From: Candidatus Zhuqueibacterota bacterium
GTDB taxonomy: Bacteria > Zhuqueibacterota > Zhuqueibacteria > Thermofontimicrobiales > Thermofontimicrobiaceae
Reading direction: 5' to 3'
Assembly (NCBI GenBank): GCA_049322915.1
Contig: JBMOPW010000013.1
Coordinates: 1 to 64,000 of the forward strand
Length of the DNA stretch: 64,000 nt
Shown one piece after another: positions 50,036-59,173 of this stretch. A program made the position numbers and the translations under genes. The notes under the pieces are model-generated. The model was not told the DNA's origin and did no database searches. It saw only the letters and a program-made list of their open reading frames with translations. Every line of letters begins with the position of its first letter. The stretch's first letter is position 1.

Positions 50036-50851
50036 TTAGATTGTGGGGATTCCCAGGCCGGGCAAATCTTTGATCGAAGAAAACGTCTTGGCGAATAAAT
50101 TTTTCCGCTGAGGCATGCGCGGCAAGGCGATCAATGCCGCCGATTTCGCGTCATCGGGCGGAGAGCCGCTCGCTTCAACCTGGCTGACTTCCTGCTCTCC
50201 TGTGTAATAAATACGATTCAGATCCGACCAGAGCTGGCCTTCATGAATGAATAGCGAAAGGTTGGATACCCGAAAGCAGATTTTTTCGACGAGCAGATCT
50301 TCCTCGGAATTATTGATGAGTTCGAGCGGGCAGACTGCCAAATAGGGTCGGGTTGGATCCGGCTCTCCTTTTCGCGCGGCATTGGTCGCAATCCAATAGG
50401 ATACTTCGCCTTCATAAAAATCGCCGAACCAGGTCGTGGCCAGGCTGACGCTGGGAATTTCGGCCAGCGGTTTGGTCTTTTTCCGCTCGGACAAATTCAC
50501 CTGCAGCCACACCGGGATGCGGACGTAGATGGTGGCTTTGATATGGCGCGTCAGCCAGAATCGCGAATTAAATTTCAGGACAACGGAACGATCAGGCAAC
50601 ATGGGCGTCAGTTCAATTTTCCTCAGCCGCGCGTCCACAGCCCAACGCGTCCAGCGCACCGTGTCCGGGACTGCCGGAAGAGACGGCGTCTGTTCATCCG
50701 CGTGATGGAAACAGGCCAGTTGAATCTCCTTCTCACATTTCCGGCACCAGAGCTGCAATATCCCCAACCGCCAGGTCTGGATGGAATTCTCTTTCACTTC
50801 ATGCTGTCCCCACAGTGTCTGTGAGACATGATTATCACTGTGTCGTGCCAT
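50036..50851 (-). CDS. DUF432-like protein
   Basis: P.LPDRSVV, IP..L..TWFG..EGE..YW pattern; adjacent to mscS. Confidence 0.65.
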   Translation of the reverse strand: MARHSDNHVSQTLWGQHEVKENSIQTWRLGILQLWCRKCEKEIQLACFHHADEQTPSLPAVPDTVRWTRWAVDARLRKIELTPMLPDRSVVLKFNSRFWLTRHIKATIYVRIPVWLQVNLSERKKTKPLAEIPSVSLATTWFGDFYEGEVSYWIATNAARKGEPDPTRPYLAVCPLELINNSEEDLLVEKICFRVSNLSLFIHEGQLWSDLNRIYYTGEQEVSQVEASGSPPDDAKSAALIALPRMPQRKNLFAKTFSSIKDLPGLGIPTI

Positions 50852-50879
50852 GCGCTCTCCCTGCTTTATATTTTCCCGG

Positions 50880-51443
50880 TTAACCCTCCGGCGTAATTCT
50901 CCGGTAGATTTCCTTCGAATTCACCGGGACGAAACTCTTGCTCACAAAGCTAATGTTCTCGATGGTATAAAACGCCTGGGGATTATAATCTTTTATGATA
51001 TTGACAATCTTTTGAATATTCTTCCGTTTAATAATGGTGAAAATAATTTTCACTCTGCCGGTCACCCCTTCCGCATCCACATTGGTGACGGTGTAGCCAT
51101 CGGATTTCAATCGCTCCACCAATTCATCGGCTTCCATCCGCGTGATGACTCGGATCATGACCATTCCCATGGCAATTTTATTTTCGATGAAAATGCCCAC
51201 GAAATTGCCGAACGAGAAGCCCAGGGCAAAGGCGATGAAATTGGCCGGGTTATCCAGATTTTTCATCACCTGGGTGATGGCCAGCAGCCAAATATTCACT
51301 TCAATGAAACCAAGCAGCGGCGCCAGCAGCTTCATATTCTTGGCAAGAAATATGATGCGAATCGTGCTGATTGTGACATTCAAAATCATCGCCAGGAAAA
51401 TCAACAGCGGCGTGACGAACCAAATATCCAACATTGAACTCAT
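50880..51443 (-). CDS. DUF5698/DUF2179 (UPF0316) membrane protein
   Basis: TIRII, LGFIEV.IW, ALGF..GN..G..IE.KIAMG and FYTIE. Confidence 0.85.
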   Translation of the reverse strand: MSSMLDIWFVTPLLIFLAMILNVTISTIRIIFLAKNMKLLAPLLGFIEVNIWLLAITQVMKNLDNPANFIAFALGFSFGNFVGIFIENKIAMGMVMIRVITRMEADELVERLKSDGYTVTNVDAEGVTGRVKIIFTIIKRKNIQKIVNIIKDYNPQAFYTIENISFVSKSFVPVNSKEIYRRITPEG

Positions 51444-51643
51444 TGACATCTCCACTTTTTATACAATTCCTCTAACATCGATATGATTTATGAATCATTG
51501 AAGCGACCAGTCAAAAATGCTTCGCCCGCACCGTTTTGATCGCGCTGGATATTCATCCTGCGCGGGCAATGGCGGGGACGGCTGTCCCGGAACTGGCGAA
51601 CCGTCATGGCGACAATCAAAGCAGGGCTGCCATCCTCTGCCGG

Positions 51644-52708
51644 TCAGCGAAGGCTGAATCCCAGACCGGGAGCGTCATGGGGATAGAGCGTACCATCTTT
51701 GAGAATCACAGCGCCGGCAGCCGGATCGTCCACGAGATCAAAATGGCCATCCAGGTCAGCGCAGACCACATTGGGCCGGGCCAGCGCAAAGTGCAAGCCG
51801 GCAGCAATGGCCAGCGCGGACTCATCCATGCAGCCGACCATGCTGGTCATCCCGGCCGCGCGCGCCACACTATCGACGTGCTGCGCCTCGGAAATTCCGC
51901 CCACTTTCATGAGTTTGATATTGATCATCGCCGCCCGCCTCCGGCACGCCAGGTCAAGCGCATCGCGCACCGTCATCAGACTCTCATCCGCCATGATCGG
52001 GACCGGTGAGGCTTCAGTGACCTGGCCCAGCAGCGCTGGATTTTCCCGGGCCGTGGGTTGTTCAATGAACTCCAAACCCGTTGACTGAGTTGCCGTTGCA
52101 AACAGGACGGCCTGTTCCACCGAAAAGCCCTGATTGGCATCGAACCGAAGTCCCACCTGCCGGCCAACGACCTCGCGCACCCGAAGGACGCGCTCAATAT
52201 CTCGGTCCACGTCAATGCCGCCTTTTATCTTCAGGGACGTGAATCCACGGGCCACAAACTCCCCGGCTTTACTGACAGTCTCCGGCAGGGGCAAAATGCC
52301 GATGGTGATGCTCGTCGGAATGCAGTCACGGAATCCGCCCAACATTTTCCAGACCGGCGCGCCGCAGGCTTTGCCCAGGAGATCGAACAGCGCCATATCC
52401 ATTGCCGCCAATGCCGACGGATGGCGCTCCATCGATGGCCTCAGCCGCCCGATGAGACTGGCGAACCGAAGCGGGTCCGCGCCGATGATCTGCGGCTTGA
52501 CCACGTCGTCCATCACCTGCATGACTGTCGCTTCGGTCTCTCCGGTGACCTCCAAATCCGGAGCGGCGCAGCCAAATCCACAGAGGCCGGTATCGGTTTC
52601 AATTTTCAGAAAGACATTCACCGTCGAATCGATCGTTTCGTAGGCAATGGTGTAGGGTTCTGCCAGACGCATAGCCACCGGCCATGCTTCCACTCGTTGT
52701 ATTTTCAT
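51644..52708 (-). CDS. enolase-superfamily dipeptide epimerase / N-acyl-amino-acid racemase (DgcA-like)
   Basis: KIK, FDANQG, EQP, ADES, NIKLMKVGG, GCMDE and DLDG. Confidence 0.9.
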   Translation of the reverse strand: MKIQRVEAWPVAMRLAEPYTIAYETIDSTVNVFLKIETDTGLCGFGCAAPDLEVTGETEATVMQVMDDVVKPQIIGADPLRFASLIGRLRPSMERHPSALAAMDMALFDLLGKACGAPVWKMLGGFRDCIPTSITIGILPLPETVSKAGEFVARGFTSLKIKGGIDVDRDIERVLRVREVVGRQVGLRFDANQGFSVEQAVLFATATQSTGLEFIEQPTARENPALLGQVTEASPVPIMADESLMTVRDALDLACRRRAAMINIKLMKVGGISEAQHVDSVARAAGMTSMVGCMDESALAIAAGLHFALARPNVVCADLDGHFDLVDDPAAGAVILKDGTLYPHDAPGLGFSLR

Positions 52709-52865
52709 CGCCCTGCCTCAAATGAAATGTTTATTTGGCCATCCTTTGATTGTCGGGGATACTCATTCCGGATGGTGCGCCTCGGCGACATTCGCGCCGG
52801 AAACATCTCCGGCGCGATCAGGCCTCATCTTTCCGGGTTCATGCTCCCTGCAGACAGGTCCCGGC

Positions 52866-53945
52866 CTACTTTTTCAAATACGTCTCGAGCGCGGCAATCA
52901 CCTTCCGGGGGCCATCCACAAGCACATCGCTGGCTACGCAGCCGGCGGCTTTTTCGATCTCCGCATAAATGGGAGCAAGGTCGTCTGGTTGCAACGACTC
53001 ATGATTGATGGTGATAGCGACGACCGGTTTCTCGGAGATAATTTCGATGGCCTTTATCTGTCTGTCCAGCGGATGAATGCGGTAGCCGGGAAAACCGTCG
53101 TAATCCACACGGGCTGGCGCGTGCTGCAATACCACGACATCAGGGCGGGCGGCCGCCAGAATTTCGTAGCCGCCGGGGTAAGCCGGATTCATCAGGCTGC
53201 CCTGGCCTTCGATGACAATGACGTCCGGTTTTTTATCGTTCCACGCCGACCACACGGCAAATTCGATTTCGCCGGAGACAAAATCATTGATGAGCGAATC
53301 CAGAATGAGCGAGTATTGCGCGCCCTGCATCCAGGCGGTCTGTCCAGTCCCGACCATTTCCGCAGTGTAGCCGGCGGCCCGAAATCCTTCCACCAGAATC
53401 CACGCTGTCGTCCGTTTGCCAATGGCGGAATCGGTGCCCAGCACAGCGATTTTCAACGATGTGACCTGTTCGATCCGGCCATCGAAGAAATGCAATTTGT
53501 CCCGCGTCGGTGTTTTTCGAACATCGCGGAGTGTGATTCGATGCTTAACCGCCAATCCGGAAATTTCAGGATCATCCGACAGAAAATCGTGGAGACCGCA
53601 ATCGACATTCAGTCCCAGTTCAATCGCTCGTTTCACATCCTGACGCGCCCGTGGATTGAGCCTGCCGCCATCCGGGGCAAGGCCAATGACCAGATGGGTG
53701 GCGCGGCGCTGCTGACGGGCGGCGTGTTCAACGGCCTCGGCTACATCGCCAATGATGGGTATATTTTTCGGCGCGCCGTCCAGCACCAGGCCAGCGTCTT
53801 TGCCGGCATAGGTGGAATCGACCACTGATAGCACCGAATAGCGGGCCGTCTTTCGAACCAGCCCGTGCGCCGTTTTGCCATTGGGCGTATTAAACGCATC
53901 CTGACAATAGACAATGGCATTTCCTTCCGGAAAATTTTTCATCAT
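52866..53945 (-). CDS. DUF1611 P-loop protein (DgcN-like)
   Basis: GKTAHGLVR, GLHDFL, GTDSAIGKRTT, TGQT, DFVSG and EGQGSL. Confidence 0.9.
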   Translation of the reverse strand: MMKNFPEGNAIVYCQDAFNTPNGKTAHGLVRKTARYSVLSVVDSTYAGKDAGLVLDGAPKNIPIIGDVAEAVEHAARQQRRATHLVIGLAPDGGRLNPRARQDVKRAIELGLNVDCGLHDFLSDDPEISGLAVKHRITLRDVRKTPTRDKLHFFDGRIEQVTSLKIAVLGTDSAIGKRTTAWILVEGFRAAGYTAEMVGTGQTAWMQGAQYSLILDSLINDFVSGEIEFAVWSAWNDKKPDVIVIEGQGSLMNPAYPGGYEILAAARPDVVVLQHAPARVDYDGFPGYRIHPLDRQIKAIEIISEKPVVAITINHESLQPDDLAPIYAEIEKAAGCVASDVLVDGPRKVIAALETYLKK

Positions 53946-54150
53946 TCAACTCCGTCTCAAAAAATAAGCCCGTCTGATTCTTCCCGACCGCACGTGTGCC
54001 AGTGGAAACGACCTCCTTCGCCACCTCCGGCCTCAGCTATTTGAATTGGCAATGTAATTGATTTATTTATAAATTTCAAGTCAATTTCTAAAATGAATAG
54101 TCTTGTACAAGCGTGTATAAAAAATTCAACACGCTAATGTATCGGCAGCA

Positions 54151-54166
54151 GACGGTCGCGACCGTC
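54151..54166. repeat. perfect 16-bp REP-like palindrome
   Basis: GACGGTCGCGACCGTC. Confidence 0.55.
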
Positions 54167-54222
54167 CTCTCCGCCTATGTCCAATAATAATCTATCGAAG
54201 TAGACTTCCAAACAAATCATAG

Positions 54223-54259
54223 AACGCAGATGACACTGATTACACGGATTTGCACGGAT
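54223..54259 (+). repeat. degenerate 9-nt tandem repeat
   Basis: AACGCAGAT GACACTGAT TACACGGAT T TGCACGGAT. Confidence 0.6.
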
Positions 54260-54434
54260 AAATTTTTTTTAAGTTAATAAACTGAAAAAATTTTCCTTCA
54301 AGTTGATTTCAAATTTTCCAGAAAATCGAGAACAAAATTCACGGTTTTCGGGTAGTAAAAATTTAGCCGACCGTAATTCTGTAAAATGGGTCCCGTAACG
54401 GGTAATTTAAAATCAGGATCAGAGGCGCAGGTTG

Positions 54435-54582
54435 GTAACCGTTCACAGGTTCATTGTTCAGGGTTCAAGGTTAATGATAACGGCCAGTTGATGACGGACT
54501 ATTTGAGCTCAAAAAATGTTTCTGGTGACTATATCCAAAACCCCAGCAGGGAACGCTGAACCCGGAACCTATGAACGGCTAC
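54435..54582. repeat. GTAAC-ended MITE-like repeat family C
   Basis: 18-bp terminal IR GTAACCGTTCACAGGTTC / GAACCTATGAACGGCTAC (16/18 match) with internal GGTTCA/TGAACC units. Confidence 0.7.
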
Positions 54583-54755
54583 GCAAGTTGAGGCGACATC
54601 TTTTGCAGGACACAGGAAAGGCAATCCAGAGTATTGCAGCGAATCGCCTAATCCAAACAGAACAATCGGAGTTGCCTTGTCGAATTCAGGAAGGCATCGG
54701 AGCAGCAGCGATCCGAAAACAGAATTGCGATGACGATTCTCGTTTCGAAAAAATG

Positions 54756-54794
54756 AAAATGGAAGAGCGGAAAGATCCTCAGCTCTTCCATTTT
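54756..54794. terminator. strong hairpin, probable terminator downstream of kamA
   Basis: AAAATGGAAGAGC / GCTCTTCCATTTT 13-bp inverted repeat. Confidence 0.6.
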
Positions 54795-55066
54795 GAAAGC
54801 GTGTTCGCCCGAATCACAAAATACGACCAGGGCGGCCTGGCAGTCGCTCTGAAAATTGAGCGCAATGGCCACATTCCCGGCTTGATTCCTAAAGTCAGGG
54901 AGAAGTTCCCGGCGCATCACGCCCATCGCTGATACAACGCCGCCACCGGGATATGCTGAAATGCACATCAAAGCAGATTCGGGCACCCGGGCAATCATTC
55001 TGCTGGACAGGGGTGAATTCGACGTCCTTGTCCAGCGCCAAGGTATTCGTCATTTCTGAACCGGAA

Positions 55067-56209
55067 TTACATCATCAGTGATTCATCAAACTCGAAGCAG
55101 GGTGTTTTCTCTTCACTTTCAACAATCTGCGGCACTAATTTTTCAGGTTTGGGATGTTTGCCATTCCTATTTTTCGTCTGCGCGTATCGATAAATTTTCC
55201 CTTTGTAATTCCGCAACACCACTTCTTCATCCGTGATTCTGACGACATATTCGGGCAGCAAGGGAATCTTGCCACCGCCGCCGGGGGAGTCGATCACAAA
55301 GTGCGGCACAGCCAAGCCAGACGTCCAGCCCCGAATGGCTTTGATGATCTCCAGCCCTTTCTCGACGCGGGTTCGGAAATGTTCGGTCCCATAAACATAA
55401 TCGGCCTGGTAAATATAATAAGGACGAACGCGCGCCAACAGCAGCTTTTGCATCAATTTTTTCATGACTTCCGGGTCATCGTTTACACCTTTCAGCAGCA
55501 CGGTCTGGCAGCCAAGCGGAATGCCGGCATCGACCAATTTCCCCAGAGCCTTGACGGCAATCGGCGTCAATTCATCCGGATGATTGAAGTGAACGTTCAT
55601 GTAAAGAGGGTGATATTTCTTGAGCATGTTGGTTAATTTTGTGGTAATCCTTTGTGGGAGGAAACAAGGGACACGTGTCCCAATGCGGATAATTTGGACA
55701 TGTGGGATACGCCTGAGCTTGTGAAGGATATACCGTAACCAATCATCGCTCAATAATAATGGGTCGCCTCCGGACATAATGACGTCTCGAATTTCAGGAT
55801 GCTGCTCAATATACTCGATCCCTTCATCAATAAACTTCGGGCTAATTTTGCTCGGATCGCCTACTTTTCGCTTACGGGTACAGAAACGACAGAACGATGC
55901 ACAATCATGGGAAACTAAAAATAAACAACGATCGGGATAACGGTGAACAATGCTTTTCACCGGGGAGTCTCTATCCTCGGACAATGGGTCAAATGACAGT
56001 CCATCATTGTCCAGCTCTTTCAAATCAGGAACAACCTGTTTATAAATCGGATCGCCTTTCGCTTTAATCAGCGACAGGTAATACGGATTAATTTTTATAT
56101 CAAATTCATGCTGTATCTTTTCTACTTCGGCTAAAGGTATATCGAATCTCTCTGAAATCTCTTTAGCGCTGGTCAAACTTTTTTGCAGAATCTTCTGCCA
56201 GGTTTCCAT
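55067..56209 (-). CDS. kamA: KamA-family radical SAM/PLP aminomutase (lysine 2,3-aminomutase type)
   Basis: HRYPDR, CASFCRFCTRKR, SGGDPL, RPYYIYQAD and FVIDSPGGGGKIP; AGGAGG RBS. Confidence 0.9.
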   Translation of the reverse strand: METWQKILQKSLTSAKEISERFDIPLAEVEKIQHEFDIKINPYYLSLIKAKGDPIYKQVVPDLKELDNDGLSFDPLSEDRDSPVKSIVHRYPDRCLFLVSHDCASFCRFCTRKRKVGDPSKISPKFIDEGIEYIEQHPEIRDVIMSGGDPLLLSDDWLRYILHKLRRIPHVQIIRIGTRVPCFLPQRITTKLTNMLKKYHPLYMNVHFNHPDELTPIAVKALGKLVDAGIPLGCQTVLLKGVNDDPEVMKKLMQKLLLARVRPYYIYQADYVYGTEHFRTRVEKGLEIIKAIRGWTSGLAVPHFVIDSPGGGGKIPLLPEYVVRITDEEVVLRNYKGKIYRYAQTKNRNGKHPKPEKLVPQIVESEEKTPCFEFDESLMM

Positions 56210-56297
56210 GGTAAAAACATACCTCCTACGTGTTTGTTATGGTTGTTAATTTGAACAGATGCGACAGGTCCTCATCCAATGGAGCGTGCCACATGTG

Positions 56298-56774
56298 TTA
56301 TAAACGTTTCACAAAAATCAAGCGATCATCGCCGATTCGATAAAAGTCCTTAATGCGGGCTTCCACGACATATCGGTTTCGAAGGTAAAAATCCTGTGTT
56401 GGTTTGTATTTCGGTTGAGATGACGTTTCAATAATGATCATACGGCCTTTGAGGCGTACAACTTCTTGCTCCGTGAAAATCAATAATTTTTTTCCAACCC
56501 CTTGATGCTGCACCACTGGTGAAACCGCGATCCAGTATAAATCAAATGTGCCTTCAGTGGCAGGTGTGGGGCCGTAACATACGTATCCAACAACCTCCTT
56601 CCGTGCATCTTCTGCAACGTAAATGATATAATCCTTTTGATTTTTGTTATTTAAAAAAATATCAACCAATTCCATCGCAACGGCGACTTCTTCTTCAGTG
56701 AACATGTCCGTGTGAACGAGAATCTGATGCACCGCCTCTCTATCCTGAGACGCCATTTTTCTAATCGTTACCAT
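56298..56774 (-). CDS. GNAT family N-acetyltransferase
   Basis: YVCYGPTP..FDLYWIAV..QHQGVGKKL, ETSS..Y..T..FY. Confidence 0.9.
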   Translation of the reverse strand: MVTIRKMASQDREAVHQILVHTDMFTEEEVAVAMELVDIFLNNKNQKDYIIYVAEDARKEVVGYVCYGPTPATEGTFDLYWIAVSPVVQHQGVGKKLLIFTEQEVVRLKGRMIIIETSSQPKYKPTQDFYLRNRYVVEARIKDFYRIGDDRLIFVKRL

Positions 56775-57807
56775 TCCATTTCCTTTTCAATGCTTCGTGA
56801 ATCAACAGATCGACAAACGATTCGTAACTAATTCCAGCAGCAGTCAATGCTTTGACATAACCCGCATCCGGCGAGATGTCCGGATTGGGATTGTATTCCA
56901 GCACAAAAATATTTTCATCATCATCGACGCGGGTATCGACGCGACCATAATCCCGGCCATTGATCGTCTGATACACTTGCAGCGCTACATCTTCGAGTCG
57001 TGCCCGGAGACTGTCGCTTATCTGAGCCGGACAAATCGCTGGCGTCTTTTGATAGAGCGGATGATCGGGCAGCCATTTGGCTTCGTAACTTGTGATATGA
57101 GGCGTCTCCTCACCCAGCGCCGCAAAACTGATCTCAGAAATGGCGATGACTCGCGCCGGACCATTCCCCAATACGCTGACATTGAATTCCCGGCCCTGAA
57201 TGTACTGCTCCACCAGAATGGGCTGGTTGTATTTTTTCAACAACGCTGTGACTCGCTTTTTCAACCCATTCAAATCATGAATAATCGCATCGCCATGCGT
57301 AATGCCCAGACTGGCATCCTCCCGTGACGGCTTTGCAATCAGCGGATACGAAAGTATTGTATCGCGGGGTGCTTCGGAATAGACCTGAAACTTTGGGGTT
57401 GGTATGTTCCTGGCTTCGAACAACTGCTTTGTGAGCACCTTGTCCTGCGCCAGCCCTAATGTCAACGGAGAATTTCCGGTATAGGGGATTTCTAACAATT
57501 CCCATACACCTGCAATAAACATCTCGAAGCGAGCTTTGCCCTGGTAACCTTCGCATAAATTAAAAATCAGGTCTGGGGAAACCTGATTTATCTCCTGGAA
57601 AATCTGGTCAAGGCTTTTAACCGGAAAGGAAATAGGTACGTGGCCGGATTCCAGGACAACTCGCTGAACAATTTCTGCTTCGTCCTTCACCGCAGCTTCA
57701 GAAATAAAATCCAAATCCTGATCCGCCTTTTGAATCGGCTCATTATAGGCAATAAGAATATTCAATTTCTTCGAATCAGACTTCATGTTATTCATCGGAC
57801 GAGTCAT
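56761..57807 (-). CDS. Ddl-like ATP-grasp ligase B
   Basis: FNLCEG, PYTG, KPSREDASLGI, EQYIQGRE, SYEAKW, RVD and EYNPNP; lacks the Ddl GGxSxE and LHG motifs. Confidence 0.88.
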   Translation of the reverse strand: MTRPMNNMKSDSKKLNILIAYNEPIQKADQDLDFISEAAVKDEAEIVQRVVLESGHVPISFPVKSLDQIFQEINQVSPDLIFNLCEGYQGKARFEMFIAGVWELLEIPYTGNSPLTLGLAQDKVLTKQLFEARNIPTPKFQVYSEAPRDTILSYPLIAKPSREDASLGITHGDAIIHDLNGLKKRVTALLKKYNQPILVEQYIQGREFNVSVLGNGPARVIAISEISFAALGEETPHITSYEAKWLPDHPLYQKTPAICPAQISDSLRARLEDVALQVYQTINGRDYGRVDTRVDDDENIFVLEYNPNPDISPDAGYVKALTAAGISYESFVDLLIHEALKRKWNGND

Positions 57808-57842
57808 CGCAAAAATTAATTTTTGCTCCTCATATTTAAAAA

Positions 57843-58886
57843 TTAAATACCATACCTTTTTCTGGCAAACTCAATGACCTTATTGATCATTGCGGTGTAA
57901 CTATAGCCTTTGGTTCGGGCCGCCTTGGGGAAACAGGAATTATCTTCCGGATTAGGCAAAATCCCCGGCAGCGGATTCAGCTCCAGGATGTGCGCCACAC
58001 CCTGATCATCCATACGGATGTCAATTCGGCACCAGTCCCTGATATGCATCACGCGGTAGGTATCCCGCACGACATCTTCGATATTTCGCTGCTGTAAATA
58101 GGTCAATGGCGCCGGGCATTTAAATATTTCAAGCGGCTTATCCGGCGTGTCCCAGATCCATTTTGCTTCATACGAATAAATCGGCCGAGCGCCTTCAGGC
58201 AGGTCGTCATAACTGATCGCGACGATGGGCAGCACGTCGACCTCTTTTCCATTGCCCCAGATGGCCACCGTATATTCATCTTTTTCTAAAAATTTCTCGA
58301 TCATCACCGGTTCATTGTATCTGGCGAGGATCTCTTCAATCTTCTTCCTCGCCTGCTTCGGGTCTTCCACTACCGAGTCATTGAAAATTCCTTTGCTGCT
58401 TCCCTCGGCAATGGGCTTGACAATCGCTGGAAAATAAAAATCATTCAACTCAATTTTTTGGAGTGGATGCAGCACCCGAAAAGGCGGTGTGGGAATCGAA
58501 TGGTAATTGAGTATTTCTTTGGTTCGGGCCTTATTCAGACAAATAGCCAGCGTCAAAGGATCCGATCCGGTGTACGGCAGTCCCAATCGCTCGCAAACCA
58601 GAGGGATGTACGACTCGCGAAAGTCGCCAAATAAACCTTCGGCTATATTGAACACCAGCTCCGGCCGAAGATTTTCCAGGGTGGCTGGCGCTGTATCATC
58701 CGCTTCAACGCTGAAAACTTCGTGCCCACCGCTTCGTATCGCATCCAACACCGAATTGATCGTGTCTACGCTATCACCCTCTGCGAAAAAATCAGGCGGA
58801 ATATCCGTGGTCTTTTGATAATGCTTTTCATATTCTTTGAGTAATCCAGTTTTGCTGCTGTACGCAACTGCTATTTTCATAGTCAC
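57843..58886 (-). CDS. Ddl-like ATP-grasp ligase A
   Basis: FNIAEG, PYTGSD, KPIAEGSSKGI, SYEAKW, RID and ELNPLPG; lacks the Ddl GGxSxE and LHG motifs; start GTG 58886 or ATG 58880. Confidence 0.88.
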   Translation of the reverse strand: MTMKIAVAYSSKTGLLKEYEKHYQKTTDIPPDFFAEGDSVDTINSVLDAIRSGGHEVFSVEADDTAPATLENLRPELVFNIAEGLFGDFRESYIPLVCERLGLPYTGSDPLTLAICLNKARTKEILNYHSIPTPPFRVLHPLQKIELNDFYFPAIVKPIAEGSSKGIFNDSVVEDPKQARKKIEEILARYNEPVMIEKFLEKDEYTVAIWGNGKEVDVLPIVAISYDDLPEGARPIYSYEAKWIWDTPDKPLEIFKCPAPLTYLQQRNIEDVVRDTYRVMHIRDWCRIDIRMDDQGVAHILELNPLPGILPNPEDNSCFPKAARTKGYSYTAMINKVIEFARKRYGI

Positions 58887-59019
58887 AATCTCAAATTCAA
58901 ACCATCGTGAGCTAATATAAAAAAATCTCTAACGCATAGAGATGTCCCTGGAAACATGTACACCGGATTCTGATTTCAAAACAATATTCACTGTTTATAA
59001 AAAATTGAACATGAATTTG

Positions 59020-59034
59020 GCAATAATTATGCCA
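59020..59034 (-). promoter_or_regulatory. sigma54 (-24/-12) promoter of the ATP-grasp/GNAT/kamA operon
   Basis: minus strand TGGCAT-AATTA-TTGC, with GG-N10-GC spacing. Confidence 0.75.
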
Positions 59035-59099
59035 CAATTTTCAAGTGCTAATTTTTCAATGAAGTAAGTCGGTTTTAATGATAATGCCAATTCTAAAAG

Positions 59100-59173
59100 C
59101 GAACTGACAATTCCGATTTTGGGGGATGAAGCCGAAAAATAGGGGCAGGAAATTGGAATTTAAAATTCCGATT
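59100..59173. promoter_or_regulatory. candidate upstream activator sites for the adjacent bEBP
   Basis: CGAACTGACAATTCCG (59100) and GGAATTTAAAATTCCG (59155), 55 bp apart; the second lies in the IR AATTGGAATT-TAA-AATTCCGATT. Confidence 0.45.

Noticed and set aside
52722..53828. long antisense ORFs (also 21944-23047, 24171-25103, 13535-14527, 25661-26578)
   Set aside because: They are shadows of well-supported genes in another frame or strand, with no motifs of their own.
54516..54998. ORFs 54516-54932 (+) and 54648-54998 (-)
   Set aside because: They cross a repeat and/or a terminator-like hairpin and have no clear RBS or motif.
55067..56774. plain ablAB or epmB locus
   Set aside because: The GNAT is too short for AblB, no efp or epmA is adjacent, and the two ligases would be unexplained. 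Not excluded without a phylogeny.
56761..58886. canonical ddl or van-type D-Ala-D-X ligases
   Set aside because: N-terminal D-Ala-binding motifs are missing and there are no mur or van neighbours.
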